Shown: positions 24,851 through 35,742 of the stretch, piece by piece | Layout: each line of letters opens with the position of its first letter | Numbering within the stretch: position 1 is the stretch's first letter | Source: Hydrurus foetidus | Taxonomy: Eukaryota | Assembly: GCA_900617105.1 (NCBI GenBank) | Contig: UYFQ01000541.1 | Location: forward strand, 1-64,000 | DNA: 64,000 nucleotides | Direction: 5' to 3' | Program-made: the position numbers and the translations under genes | Notes under the pieces: generated by a model | What the model was told of the DNA's origin: nothing | The model's input: the letters and a program-made list of their open reading frames with translations, nothing else | Databases searched by the model: none

Positions 24851-25672
24851 TTAAGCACCTCCCCACCAGTAAACAAAGATGAATACAAAAAGCCATACAA
24901 CGTCAACAAAATGCCAATACCACGCGGCAGCTTCAAAACCTAGATGGTGCTCAATGGTAAAATGATCTAAATATAACCTTGCCAAGCAAACTTTTAGAAA
25001 AAGAGCCCCAACAAAAACATGAAACCCATGCAAACCCGTAATCATGTAAAAGGTACTCGCATAGATATTGTCTGAAATAGTAAAAGTGGCCGTACAATAC
25101 TCGACTGTTTGTAACGCACTAAAAATTGTTGCAAGAAATATAGTACCAGCTAAAGAACTCAAAGCGTTCACTTTACAGCCCTCAGTGATAGCGTAATGTG
25201 AATATGTTATCGAGGCGCCTGAGGTAAGTAAAAAGACTGTATTCAAAAGAGGTATCTTCCAAGGATCAATTACGATCATAAATGCAGGCGGCCAAACTCC
25301 ACCTATACTCAAACTCGGATTAAAACTTGAATGAAAAAAAGCCCAAAAGAAGGCAAAAAAAAACATCACCTCAGATAGGATAAAAAGTACCATCCCAAGT
25401 TTCAAACCTTTTTGTACAATAGAAGTGTGTTGACCCTCTATTGTACCTTCTCGAACGACGTCTCTCCACCAACAAGATATCATCAGTATAATCAAGATCA
25501 AACCAAATGTCGTAGTGTAGCAACCAAACACATACTGACTTTTGCTAGAACTGTGCATATACAAGACAAATCCAAAAACCATTATCAAAGCAGAAAACGC
25601 GGTTAGTATAGGCCACGGACTAGGATCTACCAGGTGAAATCCGTGCTTTTGATTATTATAATTTTTACGCAT
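24851..25672 (-). CDS. cox3: cytochrome c oxidase subunit 3
   Basis: FHLVDPSPWP, SEVMFF, TGLHGFHV, WYWHFVDVVW. Confidence 0.99.
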   Translation of the reverse strand: MRKNYNNQKHGFHLVDPSPWPILTAFSALIMVFGFVLYMHSSSKSQYVFGCYTTTFGLILIILMISCWWRDVVREGTIEGQHTSIVQKGLKLGMVLFILSEVMFFFAFFWAFFHSSFNPSLSIGGVWPPAFMIVIDPWKIPLLNTVFLLTSGASITYSHYAITEGCKVNALSSLAGTIFLATIFSALQTVEYCTATFTISDNIYASTFYMITGLHGFHVFVGALFLKVCLARLYLDHFTIEHHLGFEAAAWYWHFVDVVWLFVFIFVYWWGGA

Positions 25673-25763
25673 AAATTATCGTTATTTAATGATCTTTTTA
25701 GATAATTTCTTTAATAAAAAGGTCGGCTTGCTTAAAAGGGATGCTGTAACAAAAGTTCAAACT

Positions 25764-25848
25764 TGAAGAAAGTAGGATTCGAACCTACGAAAGATAAAAT
25801 TCTAACAGATTTACAATCTATCGTCTTTGACCGCTCGACAACTTCTTC
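25764..25848 (-). tRNA. trnY: tRNA-Tyr(GUA)
   Basis: GAAGAAG...TTTCTTC-A, loop TT-GTA-AA, long variable arm. Confidence 0.93.
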
Positions 25849-25859
25849 GAAGGATCTTT

Positions 25860-25932
25860 TTGAATCAGAAGGACTTGAACCTTCAAATATTCGTATCAAA
25901 AACGAGTGCCTTAACCTTTTGGCTATAATTCA
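25860..25932 (-). tRNA. trnQ: tRNA-Gln(UUG)
   Basis: TGAATTA-TAGCCAA...AAGGC, loop TT-TTG-AT. Confidence 0.92.
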
Positions 25933-26055
25933 TGGTTCAACAGAGGAAAAATGTACTAAATCGAGTCAGGACTAACATGTCAAAACTTTATTTGAGAATA
26001 TTATTGACCAAAAGAGGTTCAAAATCTTTTATTCAATAAGAAGCTAAACAAAAAA

Positions 26056-26128
26056 GAGAAAATAGCTCAGGGGTAAGAGTATTAGCTTGTCACGCTAAAA
26101 GTCGCGGGTTCAATTCCCGCTTTTCTCG
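26056..26128 (+). tRNA. trnD: tRNA-Asp(GUC)
   Basis: GAGAAAA...TTTTCTC-G, loop TT-GTC-AC. Confidence 0.93.
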
Positions 26129-26149
26129 ATTTCGAGCAAGTATGGAAGG

Positions 26150-26222
26150 TAAGTGTACTGGGACTCGAACCCAGGACTCTCGGATTAAAAGTCCACTGCT
26201 CTACCGATTGAGCTACACACTT
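26150..26222 (-). tRNA. trnK: tRNA-Lys(UUU)
   Basis: AAGTGTG...TACACTT-A, loop CT-TTT-AA. Confidence 0.93.
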
Positions 26223-26227
26223 AGGCT

Positions 26228-26308
26228 TGTCGGAGAGGGGACTTGAACCCCTACTCAATTAGAGTTAGAGCCTAAACCTAACGTGTCTGCCAATTCCACC
26301 ACCCCGAC
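26228..26308 (-). tRNA. trnL: tRNA-Leu(UAG)
   Basis: GTCGGGG-TGGTGGAATTGGCAGACAC, loop TT-TAG-GC. Confidence 0.92.
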
Positions 26309-26356
26309 GAAAAAATTTGATCCATGATAAGTTTACAGTTATAAACTTCGAATCAT

Positions 26357-26429
26357 TAGGCTCAAGTAGATTTGAACTACTGACTCCACGCTTATCGGGC
26401 GTGTACTCTAACCCCTGAGTTACGAGCCC
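26357..26429 (-). tRNA. trnI: tRNA-Ile(GAU)
   Basis: GGGCTCG...TGAGCCT-A, anticodon arm CACGC-CCGATAA-GCGTG. Confidence 0.92.
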
Positions 26430-26480
26430 TTTTGCCCTAAAAAATCAGTCTCAACTCGCTGTTTAAAGCCGTAAAAGTTG

Positions 26481-27014
26481 TTACCAACGGTAGTGAGTAT
26501 TAGACTTGTTAGCTAAAGCTTTAGAGAAGTTCGATTTTCTTAAATTTCTGCTTTTAGACTTTGACTTCGTTAATATATTTAGAAGCTCTTGCGTAAGTCT
26601 CTTTGAGAGAGAATTTTTTTTATTCCCTCTTCTTACAGATTGCATTACCCACTTGACGACTAAATAAGATCGTCTTTTTAGCCTAATAGGGAAAGGAACT
26701 AAGACAAACTTTCTTCTTATCCGCACTTTTCTGACTTCTACGAAGCTATTAAGCTTTACAAAAAGTTTAACTAGTGATTTTTCCCTTGAATAACTAGTTT
26801 TTCTATTGACTTCGAGAAATGCATAATCCAAAATCTTTTTAGCTTTTGATTTGTTTCCTTTTTTGACTAAAAAACCCCAAAACTTGTCATAAAGACTTAC
26901 GTTTTTTCCGTTTACTTTTTTCAAAGCAGTAAAAAAGTCATTTCTTTTTTTTTTGATTTTTTTTGAAACTCTAAAAAAGCCTACTTTTTTTTTGTTTGCT
27001 TTTTTCAAAATCAT
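26481..27014 (-). CDS. rps7: ribosomal protein S7
   Basis: LVKKGNKSKAKKI, VEVRKVRIRRK..VP, ALANKSNTHYRW; follows rps12. Confidence 0.93.
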   Translation of the reverse strand: MILKKANKKKVGFFRVSKKIKKKRNDFFTALKKVNGKNVSLYDKFWGFLVKKGNKSKAKKILDYAFLEVNRKTSYSREKSLVKLFVKLNSFVEVRKVRIRRKFVLVPFPIRLKRRSYLVVKWVMQSVRRGNKKNSLSKRLTQELLNILTKSKSKSRNLRKSNFSKALANKSNTHYRW

Positions 27015-27020
27015 AATAGT

Positions 27021-27398
27021 TTACTTTTTTTGCTTTTTTGTACCGTAAGACGAGCGCGACGTTTTTCTATTTTTGACCCCTTGAAAGTCATATTTACCTC
27101 TTATGAGGTGATACTTGACTCCAGGAAGATCTGGGACTCTACCACCTCTCATAAGCACTACCGAGAAATCCTGTAGATTGTGACCCTCGCCCGGGATGTA
27201 TGCTTCTATTTTTTTGCCATTCGAAAGTTTCAGTTTAACAACTTTTCTTAGCGCCGAGTTTGGTTTTTTTGGTGTTCGAGTAAATATTTTTACACAAACC
27301 CCTTTACGTTGTGGATTTCTAAGCAATGCAGGCGTTTTGATCTTATGACGCTTCCTTTCTCTGGAATGCTTATAGCACAATTGACTTATAGTGATCAT
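27021..27398 (-). CDS. rps12: ribosomal protein S12
   Basis: [31 protein letters not shown]. Confidence 0.99.
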   Translation of the reverse strand: MITISQLCYKHSRERKRHKIKTPALLRNPQRKGVCVKIFTRTPKKPNSALRKVVKLKLSNGKKIEAYIPGEGHNLQDFSVVLMRGGRVPDLPGVKYHLIRGKYDFQGVKNRKTSRSSYGTKKQKK

Positions 27399-27416
27399 AA
27401 AAGTTATAGCTATAAA

Positions 27417-27488
27417 ATCCCTAGATAGGATTTGAACCTATGACCTAATGGTTAACAGCCAATCGCTCTACCACTAAGCTACTAGGGA
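27417..27488 (-). tRNA. trnN: tRNA-Asn(GUU)
   Basis: TCCCTAG...CTAGGGA, loop CT-GTT-AA. Confidence 0.93.
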
Positions 27489-27583
27489 AACCTTTAGATA
27501 AGAAATTCTATATCCAATACTTCGACGAAACTCTTATAAATTTAGTCTTTTATAGAATGAATTTTTTCAATAGTAATGCAACC

Positions 27584-27967
27584 CTACTTTATGATACCAG
27601 TTGAAATCGATAAAATGCGAAGAAACCTAGTATAACGAAAGTAGATAGGTAATGGACTTAAGATACGAGTTCCTATTAATCGATTTTGCTTTCCAATCAA
27701 AACAACTGAATTATCTAAAAAGATTTGTCTTTCTCCAGAATAAAAACTTAAACCAGAAACAGTTCTTACAATCAGAGCTTTGTGCACTTCACCCTTTCTT
27801 GTTTTAGACGTTGATTTACGCTTTTTCCTGATAGAATAAATAGAAACCGTGATTAAGTCCCCTATTGATGCATATCGACGTTTGTAGCCAAAAGGAACTT
27901 TTATGCAACGTACTTTTTTTGCTCCCGAATTGTCAACAACATTTAATATGGTTCCTACTTGAATCAT
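27584..27967 (-). CDS. rpl14: ribosomal protein L14
   Basis: MIQ..T.LNVVDNSGAK, ALIVRT, DNSVVL, GTRI. Confidence 0.97.
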   Translation of the reverse strand: MIQVGTILNVVDNSGAKKVRCIKVPFGYKRRYASIGDLITVSIYSIRKKRKSTSKTRKGEVHKALIVRTVSGLSFYSGERQIFLDNSVVLIGKQNRLIGTRILSPLPIYFRYTRFLRILSISTGIIK

Positions 27968-27977
27968 AATAAAAAAC

Positions 27978-28280
27978 TTACCAAACAGCTTTTACGTATC
28001 CAGGAACTAAACCAAATCTCATCATTTCACGAAGATATATTCTTGAAATGCCAAAAGGTCTTAAAACTCCTTTCCCTCTATTAGTTAAAACGCACCTTCT
28101 GACAACCTTGACTTTAGAGCTTTTATCAGTTGAAGAATTTTTGATGAAAAATAAAGGAGAAATCGAAGGTGACTTTTTACTTAGCAAGTTAAAAAAAACA
28201 AATCTGTTTATTATTCGCGACTTTTCTGACGCACAAAAAATATTTCTTTCTCTTAAATCTTTAACTTTGGAAGACAACAT
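27978..28280 (-). CDS. rps14: ribosomal protein S14
   Basis: RRCVLTNRGKGV..FGISRI.LRE, GLVPGYVKAVW. Confidence 0.95.
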   Translation of the reverse strand: MLSSKVKDLRERNIFCASEKSRIINRFVFFNLLSKKSPSISPLFFIKNSSTDKSSKVKVVRRCVLTNRGKGVLRPFGISRIYLREMMRFGLVPGYVKAVW

Positions 28281-28410
28281 AAAGTTTTCTTTTTATTGCA
28301 ACAAATTTTAACACATTAATCAAACTTCGATAAAGCTTAGGTTTTAATTCTAATAATTAACTTTGACCCAGAGTCTAAACTTTTAATCTAATCTTTTATC
28401 GAATCAATAA

Positions 28411-28776
28411 TTACTCCCAATCAAGAGCTCCGACTTGCCAGGCGTACACATACCCGACTAAAAGCTCTAAGATAAAGTCTAACATGCCCCAAAATCCACT
28501 AGAACTCAAAAAGCTTACGGACACACACCAAGGAAAAAAGTAAACAGCTTCTAAATCAAATATTATAAAAAGAATCGCTACGAGGTAAAACCTCACATCA
28601 AAAACGTTTCGTGCGTCTTCGTACGGATCAAAGCCACACTCATAAGAAGATAGCTTTTCGGTGTCAGGAGCATATTTGCTTAAGCGCAAAGACAAAAGTA
28701 ATATTGTGCTAGCTAGAAAGATGCTGAATATAAAAAACGTTAATATTTGATTATATTCTTCGAAAAAAAAGCTCAT
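28411..28776 (-). CDS. nad3: NADH dehydrogenase subunit 3
   Basis: EKLSSYECGFDP, FYLVAILFIIFDLE, GALDWE. Confidence 0.99.
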   Translation of the reverse strand: MSFFFEEYNQILTFFIFSIFLASTILLLSLRLSKYAPDTEKLSSYECGFDPYEDARNVFDVRFYLVAILFIIFDLEAVYFFPWCVSVSFLSSSGFWGMLDFILELLVGYVYAWQVGALDWE

Positions 28777-28786
28777 AAATTATAAG

Positions 28787-28865
28787 TGACTAGTGTAAGA
28801 TTTGAACTTACTTTTTTATTCGAGAGTTTCCTCAAACTTTTGCATGTCAATTATCAAACAAGCCC
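28787..28865 (-). ncRNA. tRNA-like element without a D-stem (tmRNA-like or pseudo-tRNA)
   Basis: acceptor GGCTTGT/ACTAGTC-A, perfect T-arm GTAAG-TTCAAAT-CTTAC, internal hairpin TTTGAG/CTCGAA, no canonical anticodon loop. Confidence 0.45.
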
Positions 28866-29758
28866 TCTAAAGGGGGTGACATCAAATTGGTTCAAATACT
28901 AGCTTCTTCAGTAAAAACCACTTAAAACGACTCTAGATCAATAGCTTTTCTTTGTTTTGACCGAATACTGTATCTTTAATATTGTCTAATCTTGTCAAAA
29001 GTAGAGAAGTTCCCTGCTTAAACTTTTTTCAAACGAAGGTTTTATATTGATTTATGAGAGTGCAACGAGAATTTTAGGTCGTTTTTAATCTTAATAATAA
29101 GTTTGACTTAAATTAGACTTCGTTTAATTATTTGATGGCTTAGTGACTTATTGAATTAAACAGTTATACTAAGAAAACCCTGATTCATCTAGGTAGAACA
29201 TAAATTCAAAACGACTAAATCCGACCTTTTAAGTGTCAAAATTAGTAGCGCAGAAGCGCAATCCTCTAAAATGTGTCAAAAAAGTAATAATCGATAAACC
29301 CTGAGAGTATGAACTGACATCTAGATGAAGTTGTTTTTCAAAACTTGATCCCTTATGCCCATTGTTAAAAGTCGATCTGTCTTTGAATATTCAAAGTACA
29401 AACTACCGTTATAAAACTTAGTTTCAAAACTTATTTTGTTCATATAAGAAATTAAAAATTAAAATTCCTAACCCTGTAAGCGTCTTTTCTACGGATAAAG
29501 GACTCAAATTTTTTCATGAAAAAGTATCTTTAGTAAAAACTTTTGTAGAACGACCAATCTTACAAGCGTTTTTAAATTTTATCTACATCAACTTCTCTGT
29601 TCTGTTATATGCGTCAAATGTCTAAAGTTATATCGTTTCATATACAGCAAGTTTTTTAATCATGCGTTTTTGAGTCAAAAAAAAGGTCCGTGATGTCACT
29701 TATTTCGTTGTTCAAAATCGAAAAAGACCCACTTTTTTATCAACGGTTCTTAAGTCAC

Positions 29759-29833
29759 TAACGAGTCTAGGATTTGAACCTATGACCTTCGGATTATGAG
29801 CCCGATAAGCTAACCTGGCTGCTCTACCTCGTC
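29759..29833 (-). tRNA. trnfM: tRNA-Met(CAU), initiator type
   Basis: TAGAGCAGCCAGGTTAGCT D-region, anticodon arm TCGGG-CTCATAA-TCCGA. Confidence 0.85.
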
Positions 29834-31547
29834 AAAGCGACTCGAAAAACTTTACATCTTTACATTATTTGCTCGAAGGACACCAAACTAGATTTCAACT
29901 TCAAAATAGTTTATCACGCTTTTCTGCGCAAAAAGTCTGACTTTTGTTCAACTGGCGCATTTATAATCCCAAAATTTAAGTCGTTAGAACGAAAAGCAGT
30001 GCAAACTTTTAAGGAGATGAAGGCTTTTTCATAAAAAGAAAACTAAATATAAAATCTAGTGAAAAAAGTCGTCGTGTTATCAAAAAATTACGTATCTAGA
30101 AAAATAAAAAGCTATTTGGGGGTAACTTTTTAAACCCTTTGAATTTAAGATAATTTCTTTGACCTTTTTTAATCACAAAGTCTCAAGAAAAAACTAATCA
30201 TTCACATTTTTTCAACTAATTCCAAAAGCGTGAATAATCCGGTTTTAGTATACTCACGAAAAGTCTTAGCCAGTATCTTATCCTTATTAAAATAAAAGTT
30301 TAAACTTAAAAATAAATTGTCGGTTCAAGAACACTAGACTAAAGGTATCCAAAGTCTCAGTAGAACCAAGTACACGAGCTTCTTCCTAACTAAAAAAAGT
30401 TAAATAAGGTGAACAAAAATACCTTTTTAAGTCAAATGTACCAAAAAGAAAAAATTTCATTTCGTTATGACTTGAGCCAGTTTGAATTGACATGTATTAT
30501 AATTTTTCAATCAAAAGCTATTCAAGATAACTTTTAACGAAACTTAGAGTTCATGTCAGAACTAATTGATTATAGTAAAAACTTTATTTAATTTTAACTA
30601 ACTCAGATTTTCACGGGTTGCGATTCTATACTTAAATCAGAAGATTCATGCTCGCACGACTCTTTTTACTGATAAATCAAATTTTATAACAATAATAAAA
30701 GACTATTTTCAGGATTTCTACTTTCCAGATTTCGGAATCAATCAAAAAATAAAAATGAGTTTAGACTTTACGTCAATAGTTTTATTAATCCCTTTTATTT
30801 ATGGATTGACTTTTGTTTTTGTAAAAGTTAAGAACTTAGGACTTTACGTATAATCTTTTTTTAGTTTTTTACTAAAGCAAAAAATTAAACTTATCAAATA
30901 TCTTTTTAAATTACTACATCAAAGGACAAAACGAGTACCTAATCTCAAAAAAATAGCTTGAAAAAGTTACATATGTAAATTCAAACTTTATATTCAAAAA
31001 TCCCATTTTGACTCAAGCGAAATTTAGGTTATCTCTGTGCTCAAAACAAATCTGTAAGTCTCACAATCTTTTTTATCAATCAAATCCGACTTATCAAAAA
31101 TGACTTTTCATTTGGATACCTTTCTCTATGACAATTTTGAATTTTCCAACAACTAAAGAGTCTTCGAACAATTGATTTTTCTTAAAAAGTAAAGACTTAA
31201 AACGGATTAATTCTATCATGACATCTCGTTTTTATTTCAGACTTGTTAAACAACGTTAAAGGCTCATTCAAACTTATAAACTCTAACTTTGATGTGTAAA
31301 GTACTAAGCTACAGTTTATGAGTTTTTCTATTCAGTAATTTGTATCTTATAGATAATTTACTTCCATATCTAAAAGCTTATTACAAAAGCTCATTATCGA
31401 GTCGAACCTATTTCTTTATTTAATACGGGCATCCTTGTTGCGCAAAACTTAATCAACTTAAAAGATTTAAAATAAAAATCAAAAAATTAAGATTTGAGAT
31501 ATAGCTTTTAATGCAATTCAACAGTTTTAGTCACCAAATTAGCTAAA

Positions 31548-31631
31548 TAGCCATTGTAAGACTTGAACTTACATCTTTATAAAAGGACAAGTTTTGAGCT
31601 TGTCGCGTATACCGATTTCCGCCAAATAGCT
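31548..31631 (-). tRNA. trnL: tRNA-Leu(CAA)
   Basis: TGGCGGAAATCGGTATACGC, anticodon arm ACAAG-CTCAAAA-CTTGT, long variable arm. Confidence 0.92.
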
Positions 31632-32282
31632 TTTTAAAGTGATTTACTCACAATAAATAATTCATTAATCTTAATTTAATTTACTTAATCAAAGAATGTG
31701 TCTTTACTATAAAAGCCTTTTTTATTTTTGATTATACTAGATTTGTAACTATCAAAAGTGCTTTTTTCGACAACAGTTTCAACTTAACTTATTATCTTTT
31801 ATCTCACAATACGCTACGTTGAGTTTCCAAACTATCTTTAAAACCTATTTTTGTCTGTACCTATCTCTAAAAGAAGAAATTTTAGCCTAGTTGCAGATCT
31901 TCGAAATGTACTAATGATAAAAACAAAAATAGGTTGAAACAAATTCATTGATTTACCAAATATCGCGTAAGTAAGCCAGGACATCTTTAATAGTATCAAA
32001 AAAATAAAACAAACTATAGCCTCTAAATTTAACGATTACAAGTCTCATATTATCTAACCTTTAATTTCTTGTCATAGGCTTTCGCCTTGAAATCTCATTT
32101 AAGTAAAAAGGCTTTAAGGTCTGTCACCTAAATCATGTATTTTCCTCACTAAAGCTGTGAATCAACCTCTTTATTTTTGAAGTACCTACTTATCGTGTGT
32201 CACAAGACTCTCCGTGATTAAAAAGTAACGAAATTATCTCTACAACTTCTTTATACTCTACTCTTTCCATTGCAAATCTTGT

Positions 32283-33286
32283 CTACTCGAGAATCGTTTC
32301 GAGCATTAAGACTAAAACCGACTTGCATAGGTGAAGTAAACGATTTGTAAAACAGTTCTCTTTGGTGTTTATTACTCCATCCTGAGAAGAGATGGAGTAT
32401 TCATCGCGATCAATTCTGAAATCTCCCGGATAAGCTATATTGGATATTGATACCTCTTTTACGAGGCAACTCATCGTGATGAAAGGGACTTTTACTCCCA
32501 GTTTTAGGAAACAGTTTGACGAAATAACCATTATGTCATCCTTATCGAAGATCTTGTAGATCCTTTTGGAATTGTTATATACTAAAAAATTAGTATCTGT
32601 TATGTAATACCCTGTAAATTGGAACCATGTATCCTCCAACAGGAGATGACATATGTCCAAAGCAGACAAAAATTTAGACTCAATTACTAAGTCTTCTATA
32701 GTTAACGATCCAAAGCCGAATTGACTTAATCTTTTTGTTTTTACCACAAAACTAATTGTGTAAGATGGTCTCCCACCGTAGACATTTCTTGAATGCCTGT
32801 ATACTCTAAGTTTTGCTCAGGCGTAATAATATGAGGAATACCTATCTATTATCGTTTCCTGAGACACAATAGACTCCGGCAAGGTTATCACTATAGGCAC
32901 TGACGGAACCTCTAGACTCACACTTTGGTCAGGTGGGGTAGTTGCCTTAACCTCTCCACCCGTATAGTGATCTAGTACTGACACCAGATATTTATTACCT
33001 GCCAAGTATCCTTTCACCAAAATACTATCTTGGAATGTCGAGTTCGCTGCGTTTACTCCGTAAAATACCAATCCTACCACTATGCATCCTAAAATAATCT
33101 TCCCCACCAAATTGTAATCTATACCAATTATAGCGGATTTCATTCTTTGTCTTGCTTCTAATTTGTCAGCCTCTGCCTCTCGTTTCAAATGCTCCAACAA
33201 CAAGTAATTCTCTAGGCCCTTGTAGGATATGGCTAGAAATATAATATTATAAAAAGAATAATAAGAACAAATTGTTTAGTTTTCAT
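32283..33286 (-). CDS. orphan membrane protein: ORFs 32817-33203 and 32283-32747 are in one frame separated by a single TGA; probable ATG at 33286 after a one-T correction
   Basis: MKTKQFVLIILFYNIIFLAISY hydrophobic N-terminus, second hydrophobic stretch IILGCIVVGLVFYGV; the 23-codon gap after the TGA is stop-free. Confidence 0.5.
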
Positions 33287-33528
33287 AATTTTTCCCATAA
33301 TGCGATTTAAATTTTACTCAATTAAAAGTTATCTTTTTTCTGCTACAGGATCTACAGGTATTCACTTTCCTTTCGATTACTTATCAAATCTTACTCAACA
33401 GACACTTCCCTGTTGGACAATTTCTTCAGTTTCCCTACTTTTCCTCCAAAAAAAATACTGTAGTCCTGTAGGGTTATTTATGTATTCCTTCGCCTCCCTA
33501 TTCCCGTTATTTCTGGTTCTCTTATTTT

Positions 33529-34480
33529 TTATTTCATACCACTATCCATTATTCTTTGTCCCAGATTCCAAAAGGGCTCTAGAAAAGAGAGAATAAAAAT
33601 TTTCTTGTAAGTATTCCACATCTTACACATAGAATATACAATGGCCCCTGTGCTATCTTTGAAAATTCTTACGGCGACTCCTATGTTACCCGTGAAACGG
33701 TAACTATTCAAAATATCTGAAGGAATTTTTACTTTGTTTTCCATCTTTTCTATTCTAAAATATGAAGTTATACCGTATACTGCGCTGAACGATGCAACGC
33801 CAGCTATGGAGATGCATATCGTTGAAGGTCTATAGTAAACTATATCTCTACATCTTAATGGACTAGCTGTGATTCTCTTGATGGTTCTCTTGAACAACGT
33901 TATCAATAAATTTTCCTTCGGATAAATAAGTAAAACAATAAGAAAAAATTGTAATACCTAAAATAGAACCAATAAAAGGATAAAGCAGTAAATATGTCTC
34001 CAAAGGAAAATTTTCCATTGCCACCAAGATAGTCTTTAAAGAGGAGAGGTCTGCTCTTGAAAACAAATCGAAGGTTTTGTAGCAAGTCACTCGATACTTC
34101 AAGTCCCACAGATCAACGGGTACTTTGTGTACCACTTCATACGAATTAACTTTAGAGACGATAATATTATGGTAATGTCCTGTACTATCTTGAGAAACTT
34201 GAGTCTTTAGCATATCAATCGAAGATTGATTATGACTATAGAAAGAAGAGATAATCTCATACTCCTCAGAGTCACAGTTATTTTTCCTTACGATACTCAC
34301 GAATTTTTTCAAGGAGGTAATATTATCTCCTCTCATTACAGAAACGCAACGATCCATGTTCAGCTTACTGCTCAACGCATCGGAAGTAGTATTCTGAAAG
34401 ACTCTTGAGAAAGTGGATATTTGATCCACAGGGAAAACATGCTTAATCTCGAAGAATTTATTGTCCATAGGAGATACCAT
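33529..34480 (-). CDS. orphan protein, paralogue A (~317 aa, one frameshift near 33905)
   Basis: ORFs 33863-34480 plus 33529-33906 align end to end with paralogue B. Confidence 0.75.
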
Positions 34481-34708
34481 TGTAATTTGACGATCTAAAA
34501 CAAGAAAATGTGGAATGAATAAACAAGAAGTACGAAAACGTGCAATATCCTACAGCTTTACAGGAAGGAAAATAAAAAAGAAGACAAAACATAAGGGGAA
34601 CGTTTGAGAACCCTAGATAAAACAATACATTATGACATAGAAACAAGTGAAATTGAATGAGTGTTGAATTCCTGTAGGGAGCGAGTTGTGAAAACAAGAC
34701 TTGTTCAT
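34458..34708 (-). CDS. small hydrophobic orphan ORF (~83 aa if one T is added after the ATG at 34708)
   Basis: ORF track 34458-34697; starts with ATGAACAAGTCT, identical to the first 12 nt of paralogue B. Confidence 0.3.
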
Positions 34709-34775
34709 TTGTTTTTCAAAGAGGGAGACCTACATACACTATTAAACAGGGAATTGAACCCTGTACCGGAGGAAA

Positions 34776-35742
34776 TTAATGCATCTGGCTGAATAAATTT
34801 TTTAAGTCAATAGGAAGGTTTTCATACGGCTCAATGAAAGTTAGAACGATTATCTCGGCATAGGTAGCGCAAAGATTACAGACTGTGTATAGCACAGCAC
34901 CCGAATTTTCTTCGAATGATGCAATAGCCTCTCCCAATTGTCCTGTAAACCTGTAAGGACCAAGAGAATCCACAGAAGAAGGCGGCGATTACCACCAGTT
35001 TGGTCTGTAAACCATAATGATAACCAAAAAGTGCTGAAAATAAGCTAGATGAAATAATTAAACCTAGGAAAAGACTTCGAGAACGACAATAGGGTACAGT
35101 GTCCGCGGAAGAAGAATTGGGTATCTCTAACCTGTCAACTGAATGTTGGAACAGGCTTTCGAGAAAAAAACTATCGCTGAAGCAAGAGAAACACGCTGTA
35201 AACACTGACAATTCCAAAAGTGATCCAAGATAAGGATAAACTAAAAGATAAGTCTGGTCAGGGAAATGCTTCATAGAAAGAAGAATATTCTTCAATGGCG
35301 TTATATCTGCAGAAGTGAATAAATCAAATCTATCAGCACAAACTTGTCGATAGCTGAGATCCACGGACTCTAATCTGACCCTCGGAGAATTTTCAAACCT
35401 ATTGTTGGTAAAAGGTTGAATATTCTCATACCTTTTTTGCATCTCCTGGAAAAAATAATTCTTCGAAGACGGCGTTATTAATTTAAGAGAGTCCAGACTA
35501 GAATTGTTCTGGGAATAAAATTCAGCAAGGATGGCCTCGTCGTGCGGGCCACACTCGGATTTAGAGACTAGCTGCTTGAAGTAAGTAAAACCTAAGTTAT
35601 TGTTTCCTTCCATCTTATCTACACAGCGCGCCATGTTAGTTCTAGAAATCAAAACATCGTGAGGTGTATCTTTAAATACTTCTGTCAGCTCTTTTATTCT
35701 ATCTTTTGAAAATTCGAAATTTATAACTTGAGACTTGTTCAT
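34776..35742 (-). CDS. orphan protein, paralogue B (~322 aa, frameshift near 34985)
   Basis: shares NMxRCVxxMxGxN, FYSxNxSSxDxLK, DLxYRxxCxxxFDLF, TYLLxYPxxGS, YRFTGxxG and FxEPxxNL with paralogue A. Confidence 0.78.

Noticed and set aside
28862..28910. Plus-strand permuted tmRNA (GCCCTCT-A ... AGGGGGT would give G3:U70)
   Set aside because: No T-arm precedes the 3' acceptor strand and the intervening segment is only one nucleotide
33300..33596. 98-aa plus-strand ORF inside the island
   Set aside because: Low-complexity pyrimidine-rich sequence antisense to the island's coding strand and overlapping the end of paralogue A
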